64,000 nt of DNA from the human T2T-CHM13v2.0 reference genome, Homo sapiens, in NCBI GenBank assembly GCA_009914755.4, contig CP068257.2, positions 32,480,001 to 32,544,000 of the forward strand, written 5' to 3'. The translations under genes and the position numbers were made by a program. Of the stretch, positions 57,308-64,000 are shown in pieces. A model generated the notes under the pieces. It was not told the DNA's origin. It did not search any database and saw only the letters and a program-made list of their open reading frames with translations. Position 1 is the stretch's first letter. The number at the start of each line of letters is the position of its first letter.

Positions 57308-57605
57308 TGGCAGGGCATATTGGCTCACGCCTCTAATTCCAGCATTTTGGGAGGCTGAGGCGGGTGGATCACCTGAGATCAGGAGTCTGTGACCAGCCTG
57401 GCCAACATGGTGAAGCCCTGTCTCTACTAAAAATACAAAAATTAGCTGGGCGTGGTGGCACACGCCTGTAATCCCAGCTACTCAGGAGGCGGAGGCATGA
57501 GAATTGCTCGAACCCAGAGAGGCGGAGGTTGCAGTGAGCCGAGATCACGCCACTGCACTCCAGCCTGGGCAGCAAGAGCAAAACTCTATCTCAAAAGAAA
57601 AGAAA
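57308..57605 (+). mobile_element. Full-length Alu in plus orientation.
   Basis: GGCAGGGCATATTGGCTCACGCCTCTAATTCCAGCATTTTGGGAGGCTGAGGCGGGTGGATCACCTGAGATCAGGAGTCTGTGACCAGCC ... AAAACTCTATCTCAAAAGAAAAGAAAA. Confidence 0.95.
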
Positions 57606-58557
57606 ATTATCTGGGAAAAAAGACTTAAATGCTGAGCACCAACATATGAGCTGTTGTTATCTCTGAGTGTGATGACGAGGACTTTATTTTCTTCTTTTTA
57701 ACTCCAATTCCTAATTTTTAAAACCAAGGATGCTGTGTTAAAAAACCCGTTAGAAAAATTACCAGTAACAATCAAGAAAGACAGGACTAGCAAAATAATA
57801 TAAGAAACAACCTAAAGGGTAATCACAGCAAACTTCCCTAGGTTGTTAAACATGAGAGAAATGCCAGGCTTTTATTTAGAGAAAGCCAATTTGATTTGGA
57901 AGATCATCAACCTGGTTTGCGAAGTCATTGTCCCTGGGGCCTTATTATGTTCTTTCTGTTCTTAGAAGAGACCTGACCTGAGAGATTCTCAGCAAAGCAC
58001 AACTAATAATAGAATTAAAATGATAACAGTTTGGATTATTTAGCCTAACAGAAAATGATGGCTTAAAAATGGTCTTTAAGTTAGTCAAGAGGTTTTAGGT
58101 GAAGACACTGATCAATTGTTAGCCATTTTCATAGGGGACAGAACAAGAAGAAATGGCCCTAAATTCATAAAGAGAGAGCTTAAGAGTGATCCCTGCCAGG
58201 GAGGCTGATGAAACACTGGCTATTGATGAACACTGGGCTCCCTCAGTCTAGGAGGACTCAAAAGAGGAAACACCATCTGTCATAGAAGATCTAGGGGATA
58301 TTTTCCTGAGGCAGGCTGGCCAGAAGCTTCCTTCAAGTTCCAATCCTATGATATCTTCATGAAGGTGTAAACATACCTAATCCATTCCTGAATGACCTGT
58401 CCTGGAACTCAGTGTCTGTTTTTGGCCAGGCCCAGTCCTAGGAGAGCTGGTGGCCATCTGTGTAATTGGAGGGCTGCCAAAATACCATTTCTACTGCCGG
58501 GCCATGTCTGAGATCCTACCGGGCAACAGTCACTTTTTGGTCATCAAGTACCTGATG

Positions 58558-58879
<322 letters not shown>

Positions 58880-59248
58880 TCCCGATGAGGTGTGAGTAAT
58901 GCACTTATGGTTTTCTTTTTTTTTTTTTATGTTCAGAGAGGAATGTTTGGGGATTTTGAGATAACTAGTTTAGAATTTTGTCTCTTGAGGAATTATTAAG
59001 AAAAATTATCCAAAACTTAGAACTAAGGCAAAGTGGAAAGGGGCATGTCCTCTCAATGTTGTGCTGGGACACTGTGTGACAGGCTGAGCCAGGAGTTGTT
59101 TTGAGGGAGAATATACCTGTGTTTAACTTTACCGTTTACTAGGTGATAAGCCCAAACACAGTGAAGTCACACGTAACTTGTCAATTTCTGTTTCCAAGAA
59201 AAGATAACCAGAAAGGTTGTAGTCTTATTCCTGTGTAGGACATTAACC

Positions 59249-59252
<4 letters not shown>

Positions 59253-59286
<34 letters not shown>
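59253..59286. repeat. (TG)17 dinucleotide microsatellite abutting the A-tail side of the minus-oriented Alu.
   Basis: Direct read of TTTGTGTGTG..TGTGCACG. Confidence 0.95.
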
Positions 59287-59287
<1 letters not shown>

Positions 59288-59614
59288 ACGCCTGTTTGAA
59301 TCATGGCTTTGCTCTATCACCCAGGCTGGAGTGCAGTGGTGCAATCATAGTTCACTCCAGCCTTGACCTCCCAGGCTCAAGTGATTGTCACCACTCAGCA
59401 TCCCAAGTAGTTAGGGCCCAAGGCTGCTTGCCACCTACACCCAGCTAATTTTTGTTGTTGTTGTTGTTTTTTTTTGTTTTTGTTTTTGTTTTCGGTAGAG
59501 ACGGGGTTTTCCCATGCTTCCCAGGCTGGTCTTGAACTCCCAGGCTTAAGTGATCCACCCACGTCAGCCTCCCAAAGTGCTGGGATTACAGATGTGAGCC
59601 ACCGTGCCTGGCCC
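59287..59614 (-). mobile_element. Alu in minus orientation. Its tail has been replaced or extended by (TG)n, and it has a T/G-rich internal linker.
   Basis: CACGCCTGTTTGAATCATGGCTTTGCTCTATCACCCAGGCTGGAGTGCAGTGGTGCAATCATAGTTCACTCCAGCC ... CCCAAAGTGCTGGGATTACAGATGTGAGCCACCGTGCCTGGCC. Confidence 0.88.
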
Positions 59615-60052
59615 GGTTTTGTATCTAACCTAGCAGTCCTTCTCGCATTCTGTTTTGTTCTTAAATGCTGATGAATTCCACAAATGCTCTTTGATTCCTC
59701 TTTACTATCCTCTTGGCTTGCTCATTAATGAGTTCAATGTTCATTTTATATTTGTGTGAGAGTCATGTGTTTAGATTTTGAAACTCAGTACTTTGACAGG
59801 AAGGAGAGGAGACATTAGGGCAATAACTTTAAGAGTGTGACATTGATTCTCCTCTGCCTAAGATGAATATATGGTCATTCCTTGAAGCAGGAAGATGAAT
59901 CAGTTCTCAGGTGACCCATGAATAGTTAATCCCTTGGTGAGCAAGAGCTAATTGGATTTTTTTTCCAACCTTAACAGCTAACTAAGCAAGGTCTGCCTGG
60001 TGGGTTGTGGGTGAAGCCACCCTGGGAAGCCAGGGTGGGAAAGAGGGAATTC

Positions 60053-60380
<328 letters not shown>

Positions 60381-60830
60381 TGACTGGGGTTCTGAAACAA
60401 GAGCCCTGGTGGATGCCAGGGTCGAACTGGAGAATCAGATTTCAGAGGGGAAGGAATTCAGGGAGAGACAAGTTCTGGTGTGGTTGCGGGAGAAGGTGGC
60501 TGAAGTGGGACGGGAAGCTCATTGGAGCAGAGGAGTTAAGGCAGAGAGTGGCTGGGAGTCAAAGGAGCCGCCTGTGGCGGTGCTGAGCTCCTCCCTGATG
60601 GTGACAGGCCCTGGGGTGGCAACGATAGCACCTGCTCTGGGCTGTCTGGAGGGAAGTGGAGTGCCTGGGGGAGACCCAGACCCCAGGCATGGCCACAGGG
60701 TGGAGGGGCCCTGGGAGGGAAAAGGGTGGCAGCGAAAGTCTCTTTTAAACGGAATGGGGGGAAGGAGTGCAGGATAGCGGGGGTTCATGTTGCAGATCTA
60801 TACAGGGAATGAGGGTCTAGGAGAGAGCTG

Positions 60831-61142
60831 TTTTTTTGTTTTGTTTTGTTTTTTGTTTTCTTGAGACAAGGACTCTGTTGCCCAGGCTGGAGTACAGTGG
60901 CAGGTTCACAGCTCACTGCAGCCTCAACCTCCTGGGTTCAAGTGATCCTCCCACCTCAGCCTCCCAAGCAGCTGGGACTACAGGCACCCGCCATCACGCC
61001 TGGCTGATTTTAAAATTTTTTTGTAGAAACGGGGTTTCACCACGTTGCCCAAGTTGGTCTTGAACTCCTGGGATCAAGCCATCCCGCCCACCTCGGCCTT
61101 CCAAAGTGCTGGGAGTACAGGCGTGAGGCACCGCGCCAGGCC
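60831..61142 (-). mobile_element. Full-length Alu in minus orientation.
   Basis: TTTTTTTGTTTTGTTTTGTTTTTTGTTTTCTTGAGACAAGGACTCTGTTGCCCAGGCTGGAGTACAGTGGCAGGTTCACAGCTCACTGCAGCC ... GGAGTACAGGCGTGAGGCACCGCGCCAGGCC. Confidence 0.93.
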
Positions 61143-61269
61143 AGGGCCAATATTTTGGACCAAGCCAAACGATTTCTAGGATGAGAGGCATGAATGGAGG
61201 AGGCCGTGAGAGACCCATCCATCCACCGTGAAAATTATCTGGTGACATCACCAGAGGGTCTGGGTGCCT

Positions 61270-62420
61270 GAGTGAGGTCGCAGCCTACGCCGCCCAAGCC
61301 CAAAGGCACAGGGAGGGCAACCTCAGACACCCGCTTGTAGGGCAGGGACATCTCCTGTTAGGCTTTCCTCGGGAAGAAAAAAGGGAGGAAGTGGCCTCCC
61401 CTGCCTCACCCGCCCGCCGCTGGTGAAAGCTCGGGGCAGCTGACCCACCTGCCCAAGCCATAGAATGCAACAGCGGTGCCTGCAGCTTCTGTGCCTGCGG
61501 GGCTTATCTTGCTGGTGGTCGACGATCTGCAGATGGTTTAACTCCACTCCTGTCTCCCGCCCTGGGGCTGCCAATCTGTCCAAAACTCAGCTGCCTGCTG
61601 GTCTGCACTGCGGAGGGCTTGGGGCCCCCACTCGAGGGGCCTGAGCTTCTCAGAGGCGTCTCCTGAATAAAACAAAACGCCGTGTGCTGCGCGCTTTGTG
61701 TGGGGGCTGCTTCACTCTGTGTCTCTCGATCACAGCTGCAAATTCCAGTTTTATCTGTTGTGTTTTTGAGCCTGTTTGCTTTTGATTACAGTTTGGTTTT
61801 GAAAGAGAAGAGGCACACACTATCCAGCTCCCTTTCTTCTCTCTCAGATGGAGCAATAGAGCTTTTTTATAGTGGAATCGGTTTTTTCCATTATTGCGCA
61901 TTTAATTTTATTATTCTACCGCCTTGCATTTTGAATTGCATAGGGGAAGAAACACATAAAAGAATACTCCCCCGCCCTGCCCCCCTAGTTGATTGTCGAA
62001 AAAAAAAAGATGTAGCATGATGATTTTTTGCCTGTGACCAACAGAATTACATTTTACGTTTGAAAGAACTCTCCGTGTGAACGCTGTCAACACAACAGAT
62101 ACGGATACAAGATTCAAAGTACGGTCAACCCCTCACATCACACGCGAAGTCCATTTCCTCCATTGCTGATGGTTCTCTCCAAGGCCGCAGTGTGCCGCAG
62201 AGCACGGTCGCTTGGGCTTCCGAAAAGAAGCTGAGTACAGTATTCATTTTGCGCATCTGCCTTTCTATTCAAACCAACTGAAAACATCGTTTAATTCCAG
62301 GTGCTCTGGTCTAGCTTTCGTTACAGCCACTGTGGCTCCCAGTTACTTCTTCATCACCCTGGTCTTTGTTTTCTTGCTCTGGAAAGAGGACAAGGAAAAC
62401 CTCGGTCTTTGGAATGAAGT
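61270..62420. promoter_or_regulatory. CpG-retaining, repeat-free block. It is a candidate germline-unmethylated promoter/first exon or terminal exon of an unannotated (probably noncoding) transcript. It contains an AATAAA (61667-61672) followed by a GT-rich element.
   Basis: About 17 CpGs lie in 61279-61700 (e.g. CCCGCCCGCCGCTGG, GGTCGACGATC, AACGCCGTGTGCTGCGCGC), and about 20 more are scattered through 61950-62420 in otherwise AT-moderate unique sequence (TACGGATACAAG, GTACGGTCAAC, CACGCGAAGTCC, GGCCGCAGTGTGCCGCAGAGCACGGTCGCTTGGGCTTCCG). The other unique parts of the window are strongly CpG-depleted. Confidence 0.4.
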
Positions 62421-62516
62421 GTGTCCCTTACTTGCTCAAACAGGCTTGCAAAAGATCTGGTTGCATTTTACATGAAGCCTTGTTACATGTTGTAAAGTTT
62501 TCGTTCTTAGGTCTGA

Positions 62517-62849
<333 letters not shown>

Positions 62850-63124
62850 ACCATTTTCTACTGTGTTTTCTTACCACAGAGCTGGGCTGAGTAGGTATTT
62901 AAATAAGGGGCTAATGCCTCTATTGTTATTTCTAGTAAGGAAAATGGAATCACAGGAGAGGGCACGTGCCTTGCCCGAAATCCCCAGAATTTAGGGGAAG
63001 GGCTTTGATGACATCCTGTTGCTTCTGTTTCAATTTGTACAAATAAAAGAGAAGCAACCGTATCTAATCTGTAAGATAGTTTTTTTTATTTTTATTTTTT
63101 TATTTTTTAAAAAGGGAGGCAGAT

Positions 63125-63434
<310 letters not shown>

Positions 63435-64000
63435 TTAGATTTAGGATAAGAACGAAGACTGATCTGCTTCCTGCTGACAGAGGGTGCCATTTTGGGGAAA
63501 CGGCAATCAGAGCTCCCTCAGAGGCCTACGTAAGGGTCCCTGGCAGAAGGGGCTATTGTCAGAGGTTCTGGTTGCATGACCGCTTGGAGTTTGATGGCCT
63601 GAAGGCAAGAACAGACAAATGGGGTTATTAGAAAACATGTGTCAATACGAAACAAGTGCAGGGGTAAGGACAACTCAGAAATTCCGAGGCATTTTACCAG
63701 TTTGCACAGGGAGAGGGAGGCCAAAAGCCTAACTAACTGGTTAAAAAAACTTTACCCTTTTGCCGGCATGTTGGGCTTCTGGGTTTCCTTCCCCTGAACC
63801 CAGTCCTAAGCCAACCAGTTTAAGGTTTGGGAAATTAACTCTTTCCAGTTTGGAGGATGCATCTGAGGGGAGGGTCCCATAGTACAGAGACACAATTACC
63901 TATCAGTGAAGAGAGGACAGAGGAAAAGAAAGGAAAAAGAGAAGGCATTTTTTCAAAGGAGTCCCAGGGATTCAGGATGCATTCTAAAGGGGCACAGACT

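Overview
This window is primate (human-type) nuclear genomic DNA, not prokaryotic sequence. It holds 18 Alu elements, several L1 fragments, a MaLR (THE1/MST-type) solo LTR, MIR and Tigger-like fossils, (GT)n microsatellites, an intronless ribosomal-protein pseudogene, and two spliced exons of a protein-coding gene. No CRISPR array, operon, defence island or other prokaryotic system is present, and none should be expected.

The only bona fide coding sequence I can support is the last two coding exons of MRPS6 (mitochondrial ribosomal protein S6) on the + strand. Exon 2 is 27417-27556 and ends in a GTAAGT donor. Exon 3 is 44484-44676 and follows a TTGCAG acceptor. They are joined in phase and followed by a 3'UTR with two AATAAA signals near 45.04-45.09 kb. 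The intron between them is about 17 kb. Exon 1, which MRPS6 shares with SLC5A3, and the SLC5A3 coding exon are not in the window. Everything before 27.4 kb is probably intron 1.

The most structured region is 36.6-43.1 kb, an ancient antisense L1 (ORF2 plus 3'UTR, minus orientation) that has taken five nested insertions:
- a Tigger-like DNA-transposon fragment;
- an RPS5 processed pseudogene (minus strand, 37423-38212, with AATAAA, a 26-nt poly-A tail and a disrupted N-terminus);
- a minus-oriented Alu (38213-38517, flanked by the 10-bp direct repeat AGTTTTTCTT);
- a young L1PA insertion (40236-41421) with a textbook twin-priming 5' inversion, a 5-bp junction overlap (ACAAA) and a 14-bp target-site duplication AATTGGTATTTTTG;
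- another Alu (41664-41952).

A second, older probable twin-primed L1 sits at 14.5-15.6 kb with an Alu left monomer at the inversion junction.

Downstream of MRPS6 there is a GC-rich unique block (45.1-47.7 kb) and a CpG-retaining unique block (61.27-62.42 kb). The latter looks like a germline-unmethylated promoter or terminal exon of an unannotated, probably noncoding transcript. It lies inside a very Alu-dense stretch (9 Alus in the last 10 kb, versus none in the first 9 kb).

Repeat coordinates are approximate (about +/-15 bp). They were assigned by eye against remembered consensus sequences, not by alignment.
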